A stretch of DNA of 64,000 bases, from positions 103,629-167,628 of the forward strand of contig CAMYOD010000018.1 of the NCBI GenBank assembly GCA_947259975.1, in the 5' to 3' direction. A program made the translations under genes and the position numbers. The notes below the pieces were generated by a model. It did no database searches and was not told the DNA's origin. It saw only the letters and a program-made list of their open reading frames with translations. Shown piece after piece: positions 27,652 to 37,656 of this stretch; position 1 is the stretch's first letter; every line of letters begins with the position of its first letter. The DNA is from an uncultured Gammaproteobacteria bacterium (GTDB lineage Bacteria > Pseudomonadota > Gammaproteobacteria > HyVt-429).

Positions 27652-28989
27652 ATGACCGGTCACGCGACCCAATTCCCTTCGCTTGTTACGGAGTCCAGCA
27701 TTGCGACGTCGTCGGCGGACGCGCCGCTACGACGCCTGGCGCCACGTCCCAACACGGTGTCCGAGACCGGCCTGAATGAACATTTCCTGGCCGAGTTGAT
27801 TGCCAAGCATCTGTACAGCGCGGGCACCTTGCCGCTGAGCGAATTATCTGATCGTATCGCGCTGCGAGGCCCGGTGCTGGAGCAAATGTTGAATTTTCTG
27901 CGTGCGCAGGCTTACGTTGAGGTGCGCAGCTCGGTCGACAGCGGACCGCGCCGTTACGCACTGACCGACCGGGGCCGGACGCTGGCCCTCGACGCATTGA
28001 ACAAGAGTGGCTATCTGGGTCCGGCGCCCGTACCCCTGGATGATTACGCGCGGGTCGTCGCCGCCCAGTCCGTGCATCGCCGCGTCATCACCAAGCAGCA
28101 GATGACGGCAGCGTTCTCTGACATGATCCTCGGCGACGGCCTGTTGGATCAGCTCGGTCCGGCGCTGCACTCGGGTCGCGCCATCTTCATTTATGGTCCG
28201 CCGGGTGCGGGCAAGACCTATACGGCACAGCGCCTGGTGCGTCTTTTCGACGAGACCATACTCATCCCGCATGCCATCTATATCGGCGATTCCGTCATTC
28301 AGTTCTACGATCCCGTATACCATCGTCTCGCCGACGATGCAGAAACCAAGCCGAGTGTCATGGTGGATGAGGAGCATGACCCGCGCTATCTGCAGTGTCA
28401 CCGGCCGATTGTCATGACCGGCGGTGAGCTCACGTCGGATATGCTCGAGCTGCGTTACGACGCCGACACCAGGCAGTATCAGGCGCCCTTACAGCTCAAG
28501 GCCAATAACGGGTTGTACCTGCTCGATGACCTGGGTCGGCAGCGCGTCGATACGGTGGATCTGCTGAATCGCTGGAACGTACCCATGGAGGAGCGACGCG
28601 ACTTCTTGAGCCTGGGCTCCGGTGAACATTTTCCGGTTCCGTTCGAGGTCGTACTGGTCTTTTCCACCAATCTGGATCCAACGGAACTCGCGGACGAGGC
28701 CTTCTTGCGGCGGTTGGGCTACAAGGTTCACTTTGGTTACCTGACCGAACATGAGTTTACGGCGATTTGGAAGCAGGTCTGTGAGCAGGTGGGCACGCCG
28801 TTCAACGCTGCGCTGGTGCGCTACGTGCTGGATGAATTATATGCGCCGAACAACGTGCCTCTGCTGGCCTGCCATCCGCGTGATCTGATTACCCTGGCGC
28901 TTGATCGGGTCCATTATGAAGGGCGTGACGGTGGACTCGAACCCGCCGATGTCGTGAAAGCCTGGGACAGCTACTTCATCAAGCTATAA
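27652..28989 (+). CDS. AAA+ ATPase with an N-terminal winged-helix-like domain, terminal gene of the tad cluster
   Basis: It has Walker A FIYGPPGAGKTYTAQ, Walker B GLYLLDDLGRQ, sensor-1 VLVFSTNLDP and an Arg-finger region AFLRRLGYKV. The N-terminal segment LSELSDRIALRGPVLEQMLNFLRAQAYVEV is wHTH-like. Confidence 0.7.
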   Translation: MTGHATQFPSLVTESSIATSSADAPLRRLAPRPNTVSETGLNEHFLAELIAKHLYSAGTLPLSELSDRIALRGPVLEQMLNFLRAQAYVEVRSSVDSGPRRYALTDRGRTLALDALNKSGYLGPAPVPLDDYARVVAAQSVHRRVITKQQMTAAFSDMILGDGLLDQLGPALHSGRAIFIYGPPGAGKTYTAQRLVRLFDETILIPHAIYIGDSVIQFYDPVYHRLADDAETKPSVMVDEEHDPRYLQCHRPIVMTGGELTSDMLELRYDADTRQYQAPLQLKANNGLYLLDDLGRQRVDTVDLLNRWNVPMEERRDFLSLGSGEHFPVPFEVVLVFSTNLDPTELADEAFLRRLGYKVHFGYLTEHEFTAIWKQVCEQVGTPFNAALVRYVLDELYAPNNVPLLACHPRDLITLALDRVHYEGRDGGLEPADVVKAWDSYFIKL

Positions 28990-29025
28990 GCCGGTGTATC
29001 GGCACGCGCAGGACGCCATTGCAGG

Positions 29026-29886
29026 CTAGTCCTTACCCTCGCCAGGCCAGCTGCGCCGATTGATGGCGTAGTCCTTCACCTCACCGGTAAACGGCAATAG
29101 CAGCATCCCCGGCAACCAGGCACATACCCGCGGCTCACGGTAGGTGTGGATACCGATGGTCATCTCCGTATGACCTGCCCGTGGCTGGTCGCGATAAGTG
29201 CCAAACAACCGATCCCACCAAGGCAGGTTGAAGCCGAAATTGCTGTTGGTTTCGTCGTCCTCGACCGAGTGATGTACCCGATGCATGTCCGGGGTGACGA
29301 CGATCCAGCGCAGCACACGGTCCAGTGTCGCCGGCATGCGGACATTGCCGTGGTTAAACATCGAAGTGGCATTCAGCACAATCTCAAACAGAACGACCGC
29401 GAGCACCGGTGGGCCCAGCACGATGATGGCGGCGAATTTGATCACCATGGACAGCAGGATTTCCAGTGGGTGAAAGCGCAGACCGGTGGTGACATCAAAG
29501 TCCAGATCGGCATGATGCACCCGGTGCAATCGCCATAGCGCCGGTATCGCATGCACCATGACGTGTTGCAGATAGATGACAAAATCCAGGGCGATGAACG
29601 AGAGCGCGACGCCGAGCCAATAGGGCTCGGGTACGTAGTTGAATACACCCCAGCCGTGTTTCTGGGCGAAGACCGCCATACCCACTGCCGCGGTGGGAAA
29701 CACGATGCGCAACACCAGGGTATTCAAGATGACGATGCCCAGATTACTGCTCCAGCGCAGCAGCTTCGAAATGCCCAGTTGCCGTCGTGGCGCCAGATAC
29801 TCCCATAACGCCATCAACGCGAGCACGCCGCAGAATGCGGCAAGCCGGATCGTGGCTTCGTATTGCTGTAACATTTCCTCAAGCAT
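29026..29886 (-). CDS. Fatty acid hydroxylase / sterol desaturase family membrane protein
   Basis: It has the His boxes HVMVH, HRVHHADLDFD and HRVHHS. Confidence 0.8.
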   Translation of the reverse strand: MLEEMLQQYEATIRLAAFCGVLALMALWEYLAPRRQLGISKLLRWSSNLGIVILNTLVLRIVFPTAAVGMAVFAQKHGWGVFNYVPEPYWLGVALSFIALDFVIYLQHVMVHAIPALWRLHRVHHADLDFDVTTGLRFHPLEILLSMVIKFAAIIVLGPPVLAVVLFEIVLNATSMFNHGNVRMPATLDRVLRWIVVTPDMHRVHHSVEDDETNSNFGFNLPWWDRLFGTYRDQPRAGHTEMTIGIHTYREPRVCAWLPGMLLLPFTGEVKDYAINRRSWPGEGKD

Positions 29887-30045
29887 GACGGGACCCAGAT
29901 ATCGTGGCGGTTATATCGCGCGCGCCGCACGCACTTCCAGGCACGCTGGTTGACCGCGGGAATCTTATTCGTATTCTGTAGACATGAAAACCGTCAACCC
30001 GCTCAAGCTGTCCGGGCGCGGTGTCGACCTTAGCTGAAATCTATC

Positions 30046-30459
30046 ATGACCCACATCCTGTTCCTTTGCACTGGCAATTCCTGCCGCTCACAGATGGCCG
30101 AAGGTTGGGCCCGCCAGCTCGCCGGCGACCGTGTCGCCGTGCGCTCTGCCGGTATCGAGGCGCATGGCAAGAATCCGCGCGCTATCGCGGTGATGGCCGA
30201 GGCGGGTGTCGATATCGCCGCACAGGCGTCGACCCGCCTGAGCCCCGATATGCTGGACTGGGCGGATCTGGTGGTGACGGTGTGTGGGCACGCCGATGAG
30301 CACTGCCCGGTGCTGCCGGCGCGGACACGCAAGCGGCACTGGCCGCTGGAGGATCCGGCCAAGGCCACCGGCTCCGAGTCCGAAATCCTGCAAGTATTCA
30401 GGGCCAGCCGCGACGATATCCGACGCCGCGTCGAGGCGCTGCTGGTGGATCTGACCTAG
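30046..30459 (+). CDS. arsC: Arsenate reductase, LMW-PTPase family (thioredoxin-coupled type)
   Basis: It has the P-loop ILFLCTGNSCRSQMAEGW and the downstream Cys pair (VTVCGHADEHCP). Confidence 0.85.
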   Translation: MTHILFLCTGNSCRSQMAEGWARQLAGDRVAVRSAGIEAHGKNPRAIAVMAEAGVDIAAQASTRLSPDMLDWADLVVTVCGHADEHCPVLPARTRKRHWPLEDPAKATGSESEILQVFRASRDDIRRRVEALLVDLT

Positions 30460-30563
30460 AGGCGCTGCGCGGACGCGCGGCAGGGCAAAGGGGTGGGGGC
30501 CGTGTCGGCCGGGGTGCCGGGACCCTTCGCGGTCCGGCACCCCGGTGACGATTGGGGAAAGCC

Positions 30564-31106
30564 TTAAACCGTTTCGAAAATGGAGATGGTGCGGCGCTGC
30601 TGTCCGCGACGGGACAGGATCTGGTCGACCATTTCCTTCTCCCGCTGCAGATGAAGCTCGGTCAACACATCGTCGATTGTGGCCATCAAGGCATCTTTGC
30701 GGAAGGGTTTGGCGAGGTAGCCCTTGGCGCCGAGTTTGGTGCCCCAGACACGGTCCGTGGGACGTTCGCTGCCGCTGACGATGACAATGGGAATCGCCGC
30801 CGTTTCCTCATCCCGGGTCAGGATGCGGGTGGCCTCGAAGCCGTTCATCTTGGGCATTACGATATCCATGATAATGAGATCGGGTCTGTGTTCCCGTGCC
30901 GCCGCCACCGCCTCGACGCCGTCGAATGCGGAAATCGTGTTGAAGCCGGCGCGTTCCAGAAACACCCGCAACGCATGCACCATGGTGCGTGAATCATCGA
31001 CAATCAGGATGGTCTCATCGCGCAGCTCGCGCTGCTCCTCCACGATGTCATCCTGGTCACGGTTCCACTTGCGTGCGATCATTTCCCTCAGGGTCGGTCG
31101 ATCCAT
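30564..31106 (-). CDS. Single-domain CheY-like response regulator with short N- and C-terminal extensions
   Basis: It carries ILIVDDS ... [16 protein letters not shown] ... IVSG ... KGYLAKPF. Confidence 0.85.
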   Translation of the reverse strand: MDRPTLREMIARKWNRDQDDIVEEQRELRDETILIVDDSRTMVHALRVFLERAGFNTISAFDGVEAVAAAREHRPDLIIMDIVMPKMNGFEATRILTRDEETAAIPIVIVSGSERPTDRVWGTKLGAKGYLAKPFRKDALMATIDDVLTELHLQREKEMVDQILSRRGQQRRTISIFETV

Positions 31107-31472
31107 AGTGGCTGCCTCATGTCGTTGTTTCGTTCAGTCAGTCATTGCTGCGGCCGTGTCCCGTGTCAAACTCTTGACGTCCTGTCCCGGGCCGAGCCCC
31201 GTTATTCATTTATCTTCTCCGGGACTGGTAAGTATACGTATCTGAGCTCCCAGCGGCTGACCGCTTGTCTCGAGAATCCGACCATTCGCGCAGTTTATTC
31301 AGGTTATTTCCATGATAAATCAGTCATCCGGCGCCCGTGGCGGGTATTCGGCGGGGTCACGGCCCGCCCCGGCTGCAAAAACCCGGGCCTTCAGGTAAAG
31401 TCACCCCCTTTTCGGGGCGCCTCAGGCGCCCATTCGATGGCGGCCGGTCGCGGTCGCAGGAAGGGGTCTATT

Positions 31473-32165
31473 ATGGCGGACTACGCAATCGCGCCGTCGA
31501 TTCTGTCGGCGGATTTCGCTCGCTTGGGCGAGGAAGTTACGGCCGTGCTCGCCGCGGGCGCGGACATCGTCCATTTCGATGTCATGGACAATCACTATGT
31601 TCCCAATCTCACGATCGGGCCGCTCGTATGTGACGCGCTGCGCAGCCATGGCGTCACGGCGCCGATCGACGTACACCTAATGGTTAAACCGGTGGATCGC
31701 ATCATCCCCGATTTCGCCAAGGCCGGGGCGACCTATATCACCTTTCACCCGGAGGCCAGTGAGCATGTCGACCGGTCTCTGCAGGTGGTGCGGGACGCGG
31801 GCTGTAAATCCGGCCTGGTCTTCAATCCGGCCACGCCGCTGGAGTATTTGAAATACGCCATCGACAAGGTCGATATGGTCCTGCTGATGTCGGTGAATCC
31901 GGGTTTCGGCGGTCAGAGCTTTATTCCCTACGTGCTCGACAAGGCCCGTGAGGCGCGCAAGCTCATCGACGCCAGCGGCCACGACATTCGTCTCGAGATC
32001 GACGGTGGCGTGAAAGTCGACAACATCCGCGAAATCGCCGAGGCCGGTGTGGATACCTTCGTCGCCGGTTCCGCCATCTTCGGCGCCGGGCGCGACGAGG
32101 ATCCGAACCGTTACGATACGGTGGTCAAGGCCATGCGTGACGAGCTGGCCAAGGCCAGTAGTTAG
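31473..32165 (+). CDS. rpe: Ribulose-phosphate 3-epimerase
   Basis: It carries [30 protein letters not shown] and [13 protein letters not shown]. The SD AGGAAGGGG lies upstream of the ATG at 31473. Confidence 0.95.
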   Translation: MADYAIAPSILSADFARLGEEVTAVLAAGADIVHFDVMDNHYVPNLTIGPLVCDALRSHGVTAPIDVHLMVKPVDRIIPDFAKAGATYITFHPEASEHVDRSLQVVRDAGCKSGLVFNPATPLEYLKYAIDKVDMVLLMSVNPGFGGQSFIPYVLDKAREARKLIDASGHDIRLEIDGGVKVDNIREIAEAGVDTFVAGSAIFGAGRDEDPNRYDTVVKAMRDELAKASS

Positions 32166-32255
32166 GATCTTTAGCCGCGGCGCGGAGAAGAGAAAAGCTA
32201 TTCTTTGCGCCTCTGCGAAGTCCGTGGTTAATTGCTTCAAGTGGTAATTGAGAGC

Positions 32256-32969
32256 ATGTCTGAACTCGCAACTAAGCCGGGAAACTTCACGTTGCCGCTG
32301 TCGGTCAAGATGGTGATGATCGATCTCGACGGCACCCTGATTCATACGGCACCGGATCTGGCGGCGAGCGCGAACCGTATGTTGGCCGAGCTGGGTATGG
32401 CGACCCACTCCCAGGAGCAGGTGGAACGCTGGATCGGCAACGGCGTCAGCCGCCTGGTCAAACGCGCGCTCACCGGCGAAATGCAGGCGGAGCCCGAGGC
32501 GGCCTTGTACGAGCAGGCCTATCCCCTGTTTCTCAAGCACTACGCCGATCTGGTCTCGGCGCAGAGCCGGCCTTACGACGGGGTGGTGGAGGGCTTGCAG
32601 CAATTGCAGGCGGCGGGGTTCGAGTTGGCTTGTATCACAAACAAGGCAGAAAGCTTCACCCTGCCGCTGCTGGACGACCTGGGTCTGCGCCAGTACTTCA
32701 AGCTGGTACTGTCCGGCGACAGTCTGGCGAAGAAAAAACCGGATCCGCTGCCGCTGCGGCACGCCTGTGAGTTCTTCGGAATTACGCCGGACCACGGCGT
32801 GCTCGTGGGTGACTCGGGCAATGATACCAAGGCGGCGCGGGCCGCCGGCATGCCGGTGATCTGTGTCACCTACGGCTATGCCCAGGGCGTCGATGTTCGT
32901 GATCTGTACCCTGAGGCCGTGATTGATTCACTTACAGAATTGCCGCAATATATACAGCTATATTCCTGA
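32256..32969 (+). CDS. gph: Phosphoglycolate phosphatase (HAD superfamily)
   Basis: It has the HAD motifs IDLDGTLIHT, ITNK and VGDSGNDTKAARAAG. The rpe-gph synteny supports the call. Confidence 0.85.
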   Translation: MSELATKPGNFTLPLSVKMVMIDLDGTLIHTAPDLAASANRMLAELGMATHSQEQVERWIGNGVSRLVKRALTGEMQAEPEAALYEQAYPLFLKHYADLVSAQSRPYDGVVEGLQQLQAAGFELACITNKAESFTLPLLDDLGLRQYFKLVLSGDSLAKKKPDPLPLRHACEFFGITPDHGVLVGDSGNDTKAARAAGMPVICVTYGYAQGVDVRDLYPEAVIDSLTELPQYIQLYS

Positions 32970-33003
32970 CCAGTTTCAATACATCACTACTGGAAGAACG
33001 AAC

Positions 33004-33114
33004 ATGAGATGGGCAAACGCACGCACGCGATGGTGGCACCAGGTGGTTTCCTGGCAGGTGCGTTATTGTCCAAATCATGAACCGGTAGTGAGCGATGTCA
33101 CTAAGCAAATCTGA
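33004..33114 (+). promoter_or_regulatory. Candidate trp leader peptide ORF (Trp-rich uORF overlapping the trpE start)
   Basis: MRWANARTRWWHQVVSW... has 4 Trp codons in the first 17, including the tandem TGG TGG at 33031-33036. It lies directly upstream of and overlaps the trpE ATG (33095). I saw no clear intrinsic terminator. Confidence 0.4.
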
Positions 33115-34582
33115 ATTCGAAGAATACGCGGCGCAAGGCTACAACCGCATTCCTATCATGCGGGAGATCCTGGCCGATCTCGATACTCCCCTAAGTACCT
33201 ATCTCAAGCTCGCCGACGGGCCTCACTCGTATCTATTCGAGTCGGTGCACGGCGGCGAGAAGTGGGGCCGTTATTCCATCATTGGCCTGCCCTGCCGCAC
33301 CGTGTTCCGGGTCATTGGCAACCAGATCAGCATCGAACGGGACGGCGAAGTGGTCGAGGAGGCCAGTGCCGACGATCCCCTGGCGGCCGCCCGAGAGTTC
33401 CAGGCTCGTTACACCGTACCCGAGATCGACGGTCTGCCGCGTTTTACCGGCGGGTTGGTCGGTTATTTCGGTTACGACACCGTGCGCTATGTGGAGACCC
33501 ATCTTGGCGCCTGCACGAAGCCGGACGTATTGGGGACGCCGGATATCATGCTGCTCGTTTCCGATGAGGTAGTGGTATTCGACAATCTTGCCGGACGTTT
33601 GTACCTGGTGATTCACGTCAATCCGGCGGTAGACAACGCCTGGGATCGGGCCAATGCGCGCCTCGACGAGATCCAGGCCCGCCTGCGTGCGCCGCTGCCG
33701 GCGCGGGACCCGGCGCCCCATGCCGACATCGCGGAGCAGGACTTCATCTCCGAGTTCGAGCGCGAGGATTTCATCGAGGCGGTCGAGCGGGCGAAGGAAT
33801 ACATCTATAACGGCGATATCATGCAGGTGGTGCTGTCGCAGCGTCTGTCCATTCCGTTCGCCGCGGATCCCCTGGACCTGTATCGCTCGCTGCGCACCTT
33901 GAATCCCTCGCCGTACATGTACTTCATCGACCTGGATGATTTTTTTATCGTCGGCTCGTCACCCGAAATCCTGGTGCGCCTGGAGGACGACGTGGTTACG
34001 GTACGGCCCATCGCCGGGACCCGACCGCGGGGTGCCGACGAAGCGGAAGACGAGAATCTGGAACAGGATCTCATGAGCGACCCGAAGGAACTGGCCGAGC
34101 ACTTGATGCTGGTGGATCTGGGCCGCAATGACGTCGGCCGCGTCGCCACCATTGGTAGCGTGGAATTGACCGAGCAAATGCTGGTGGAGCGATACTCCCA
34201 TGTGATGCACATCGTCTCCAACGTGGTCGGCGAACTTGAGGCAGGGATGGATGCAATCGATGTGCTGGGCGCAACCTTCCCCGCGGGTACCGTCAGCGGC
34301 GCACCGAAGATTCGTGCATTGGAGATTATCGACGAACTGGAACCGGTCAAGCGCGGTGTGTACTCCGGCGCGGTGGGTTACATCGGCTGGAACGGCAATA
34401 TGGACACCGCGATTGCGATCCGCACCGCGGTGATTCGGGATCAACGGCTCTACATCCAGGTTGGCGCCGGGATCGTCGCCGACTCGGTGCCGGAGCGGGA
34501 GTGGGATGAGACCATGAACAAGGGCCGCGCGATCTTCCGTGCCGCCGCCATGGCCGCTGCCGGCCTGGATGAAATGTCTTAG
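33095..34582 (+). CDS. trpE: Anthranilate synthase component I
   Basis: It carries [33 protein letters not shown] and other chorismate-binding domain motifs. Confidence 0.95.
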   Translation: MSLSKSEFEEYAAQGYNRIPIMREILADLDTPLSTYLKLADGPHSYLFESVHGGEKWGRYSIIGLPCRTVFRVIGNQISIERDGEVVEEASADDPLAAAREFQARYTVPEIDGLPRFTGGLVGYFGYDTVRYVETHLGACTKPDVLGTPDIMLLVSDEVVVFDNLAGRLYLVIHVNPAVDNAWDRANARLDEIQARLRAPLPARDPAPHADIAEQDFISEFEREDFIEAVERAKEYIYNGDIMQVVLSQRLSIPFAADPLDLYRSLRTLNPSPYMYFIDLDDFFIVGSSPEILVRLEDDVVTVRPIAGTRPRGADEAEDENLEQDLMSDPKELAEHLMLVDLGRNDVGRVATIGSVELTEQMLVERYSHVMHIVSNVVGELEAGMDAIDVLGATFPAGTVSGAPKIRALEIIDELEPVKRGVYSGAVGYIGWNGNMDTAIAIRTAVIRDQRLYIQVGAGIVADSVPEREWDETMNKGRAIFRAAAMAAAGLDEMS

Positions 34583-34630
34583 GATTTGACCGCATCGAGA
34601 ACGACGACGCAGTTAGAGTTGGGTTTGCTT

Positions 34631-35200
34631 ATGTTATTGATGATCGACAATTACGATTCATTCACCTACAACCTGGTGCAATATTTCGGTGAGCTGGGCC
34701 AGGAGGTGGGTGTCTATCGTAATGACCAGATTACGTTGGACGAAATCCGCGAGCTGAAGCCAAGCTGGATCGTCATATCGCCGGGACCGTGCACGCCCAA
34801 TGAAGCCGGCATCTCGGTAGATGTCATTACCGAATTCGGCGCGACCACGCCGATTCTCGGCGTCTGTCTCGGTCACCAGAGCATCGGCCAGGCCTACGGC
34901 GGACGTATCGTGCATGCCAGGGAGATCATGCATGGCAAGACTTCGTTGATTTACCACAAGGAAGGGGGCGTGTTTCATGGCCTGCCGAACCCACTGCAGG
35001 CGACGCGCTACCATTCCCTGGTAATAGAGGGTGACACCCTGCCGGAATGTCTCGAGGTCACGGCCTGGACCGACGACGACGAAATTATGGGTGTGCGCCA
35101 TCGGGAGCATCCGGTACAGGGCGTACAATTTCATCCCGAATCCATACTGACCCAGTATGGCCACGACCTGTTGCGCAATTTCCTCGAACAGTCCGATTAG
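34631..35200 (+). CDS. trpG: Anthranilate synthase component II (glutamine amidotransferase)
   Basis: It carries [22 protein letters not shown] (catalytic Cys) and VQFHPES. Confidence 0.9.
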   Translation: MLLMIDNYDSFTYNLVQYFGELGQEVGVYRNDQITLDEIRELKPSWIVISPGPCTPNEAGISVDVITEFGATTPILGVCLGHQSIGQAYGGRIVHAREIMHGKTSLIYHKEGGVFHGLPNPLQATRYHSLVIEGDTLPECLEVTAWTDDDEIMGVRHREHPVQGVQFHPESILTQYGHDLLRNFLEQSD

Positions 35201-35213
35201 CGGGAAACAAACT

Positions 35214-36230
35214 ATGGACATGCAAGCAGCCATCCGCGCCGTCACCGAACGGCGTGACCTCAGCGCCGACGAAATGAGCACCGTGATGCGCACCATCATG
35301 ACCGGCGAGGCGACACCGGCGCAGATCGGCGGGTTCCTGATCGGTCTGCGCATGAAGGGCGAGACCGTGGATGAAATCGCCGCCGCGGCCCGGGTCATGC
35401 GTGAGCTGGCGGCCAGGGTCGAGGTCGAAGGCCCGCATCTGGTGGATACCTGCGGTACCGGCGGCGATGCCGCTTCTACTTTTAATATATCTACGGCCGC
35501 CGCCTTCGTCGTCGCCGCGGCCGGCGCCAAGGTGGCCAAGCACGGCAATCGCTCGGTCTCCAGCAAATGCGGCAGCGCCGACGTGCTGGAGGCGGCGGGG
35601 GTGAAGCTGGATATCACGCCGGAGCAGGTGGCGCAGTGTGTCAACGAGGTGGGCGTGGGGTTCATGTTCGCGCCGTTGCATCACAGCGCTATGAAACATG
35701 CCATCGGACCCCGCAAGGAGATGGGCGTGCGCACCATTTTCAACGTCCTCGGGCCGCTGACGAATCCCGCCGGTGCGCCGAATCAGGTGCTGGGCGTGTT
35801 CGCTGCCGACCTGGTCGAACCGCTCGCGCAGGTCCTGGCCCGTCTCGGTAGCCAGCATGTGCTGGTCGTACACGCCGACGACGGTATGGACGAAATCAGC
35901 ATTGGCGCCGCGACCCGGGTGGCGGAGTTGCGGGACGGTAAAGTGACCACCTATAGCATCGAGCCGGAGCAATTCGGCATGACGCGCAGCCCGATTGCGG
36001 AATTGGCGGTGCCCGGTGCCGACGAGAGCCTGGCGCGCATTCGTTCGGTATTCGCGAACGACGCCGGCCCGGCCCGGGATATCGTTGCACTGAACGCCGG
36101 TGCCGCCATCTATGCCGCGGATGTCGCCGCGACGCTGGCAGACGGCGTGCAGCGGGCGCAGGAGGTCCTCGCCGCCGCCAGCGCCCAGGCCAAACTCGAC
36201 GCCTTGGTGGAACTGACCAACCGCTTCTAG
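35214..36230 (+). CDS. trpD: Anthranilate phosphoribosyltransferase
   Basis: It carries [27 protein letters not shown] and NPAGA. Confidence 0.95.
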   Translation: MDMQAAIRAVTERRDLSADEMSTVMRTIMTGEATPAQIGGFLIGLRMKGETVDEIAAAARVMRELAARVEVEGPHLVDTCGTGGDAASTFNISTAAAFVVAAAGAKVAKHGNRSVSSKCGSADVLEAAGVKLDITPEQVAQCVNEVGVGFMFAPLHHSAMKHAIGPRKEMGVRTIFNVLGPLTNPAGAPNQVLGVFAADLVEPLAQVLARLGSQHVLVVHADDGMDEISIGAATRVAELRDGKVTTYSIEPEQFGMTRSPIAELAVPGADESLARIRSVFANDAGPARDIVALNAGAAIYAADVAATLADGVQRAQEVLAAASAQAKLDALVELTNRF

Positions 36231-36292
36231 CGCCTGGCCGCGATAACATAGCGAAAAGAAAAATCTCCTGCCGTCGTCGCGGTAACAGTTAA

Positions 36293-37096
36293 ATGAACGA
36301 CACCCCCGACATTCTCAAAAAGATCCTCGCCCACAAGGCCGAGGAGGTCGCGCAACGACGGGAGCGCACGCCGTTGGCTGTGGTCGAGTCGCGGCTTGCA
36401 AGCGCGCCGGCGCCCCGTGGTTTTCTGGCCGCACTGCGCGCGCGCATCGAAAATAAAACGCCGGCGGTGATTGCCGAAATCAAGAAGGCATCGCCAAGCA
36501 AGGGCGTGCTGCGCGAGCATTTTTCGCCACCGGAAATCGCGCGCAGCTACGAGCTTGGCGGCGCGGCCTGTTTGTCGGTCCTCACCGATGAAGCCTTTTT
36601 TCAGGGCGCCGACGAATACCTGCAGCAGGCCCATAGTGCTTGCGATCTGCCCATCCTGCGCAAGGACTTCACAATCGACCCCTATCAGGTCGTGGAGGCA
36701 CGCGCCCTGGGTGCCGACTGTATGTTGTTGATCGTGGCAGCGTTGACGGATCCCGTGCTCACCGAACTCGCCAGGCTGGCGCAGGACCTGCAGATGGATG
36801 TGTTAGTGGAAGTGCACGACGCGGCGGAACTCGACCGCGCGCTGCATCTGGAGGCGCCGCTGATCGGCATCAACAATCGGGATCTGCGTAGCTTCGACAC
36901 CCGCCTCGACACCACTCTCGATCTGTTGGCGCGCATTCCTGCAGATCGTACCCTCGTCACCGAGAGTGGCATCCACGGTCCGGCGGACGTGCAGCGCATG
37001 CTGGACCACGGCGTCTATGGCTTCCTCGTCGGCGAGGCCTTCATGCGAGCCGAGGATCCGGGCACCGAGCTGGCGCGCCTGTTTCTCACCGCCTGA
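36293..37096 (+). CDS. trpC: Indole-3-glycerol phosphate synthase
   Basis: It carries [38 protein letters not shown] and SESGI. Confidence 0.95.
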   Translation: MNDTPDILKKILAHKAEEVAQRRERTPLAVVESRLASAPAPRGFLAALRARIENKTPAVIAEIKKASPSKGVLREHFSPPEIARSYELGGAACLSVLTDEAFFQGADEYLQQAHSACDLPILRKDFTIDPYQVVEARALGADCMLLIVAALTDPVLTELARLAQDLQMDVLVEVHDAAELDRALHLEAPLIGINNRDLRSFDTRLDTTLDLLARIPADRTLVTESGIHGPADVQRMLDHGVYGFLVGEAFMRAEDPGTELARLFLTA

Positions 37097-37173
37097 AATC
37101 GCCCAGCACGCTTATGGAAATGGTCACTTATTGTGCATTCGATGCAGGCTGTGGCCATCACTGCCGCGCACAC

Positions 37174-37194
37174 AAAGACGTAGAGTCTTTTTTG
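37174..37194 (+). terminator. Weak intrinsic terminator candidate after trpC
   Basis: AAAGAC-GTAGA-GTCTTT is followed by TTTTGG. The stem is only 6 bp and AT-rich. Confidence 0.3.
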
Positions 37195-37236
37195 GTATAA
37201 ATTCTCTGCCCCGCCGCGGGAACGATCAGGAATATC

Positions 37237-37656
37237 ATGAAGGCAACGGTAAAACTTTTGGACGGCGTCCGCTTCGAGGGCACCACCGGTAGCGGGCACA
37301 GCGTGATCATGGATGGCCCGCCGGAACACGGCGGCCAGGACAGCGGCCCGCGCCCCATGGAAATGCTCCTGCTTGGTACCGGCGCCTGTTCCGGTTTTGA
37401 TGTGGTGCACATCCTGCGCCGATCCCGCCAGGACGTCACCGGCTGTGAAGTGGACGTGGATGCCGACCGTGCCGATACCGAACCGAAGATCTTCACCGCG
37501 ATTCGCCTGCACTTCACGGTGCGTGGCCGTGGCCTGAAGGAAAATGTCGTGCGCCGTGCCGTCGAATTATCGGCGGAAAAATACTGTTCCGCATCGATCA
37601 TGTTGGCGAAGACCGCCACAATTACCCATGACTTTCAGATCGTCGAGGAGACCTGA
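37237..37656 (+). CDS. OsmC/Ohr family protein
   Basis: It carries PMEMLLLGTGACSGFDV and AEKYCSAS, the two conserved Cys contexts. Confidence 0.8.
   Translation: MKATVKLLDGVRFEGTTGSGHSVIMDGPPEHGGQDSGPRPMEMLLLGTGACSGFDVVHILRRSRQDVTGCEVDVDADRADTEPKIFTAIRLHFTVRGRGLKENVVRRAVELSAEKYCSASIMLAKTATITHDFQIVEET

Noticed and set aside
31380-31440. Tandem GC hairpins (CCCC-TTTTC-GGGG and GGGCGCC-TCA-GGCGCCC) upstream of rpe as a riboswitch
   Set aside because: The stems are short, I know of no matching riboswitch class for rpe, and the region is generally GC-rich, so chance palindromes are likely. They are possibly just 5' UTR structure.
31677-32795. 372-aa ORF on the minus strand across rpe and gph
   Set aside because: It spans two well-supported plus-strand genes and their spacer, has no motifs, and is a high-GC antisense artefact.
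34658-35972. Two overlapping long minus-strand ORFs (335 aa and 295 aa) across trpG and trpD
   Set aside because: They are antisense to conserved trp genes with Ala/Arg/Pro-rich translations, so they are shadow ORFs.
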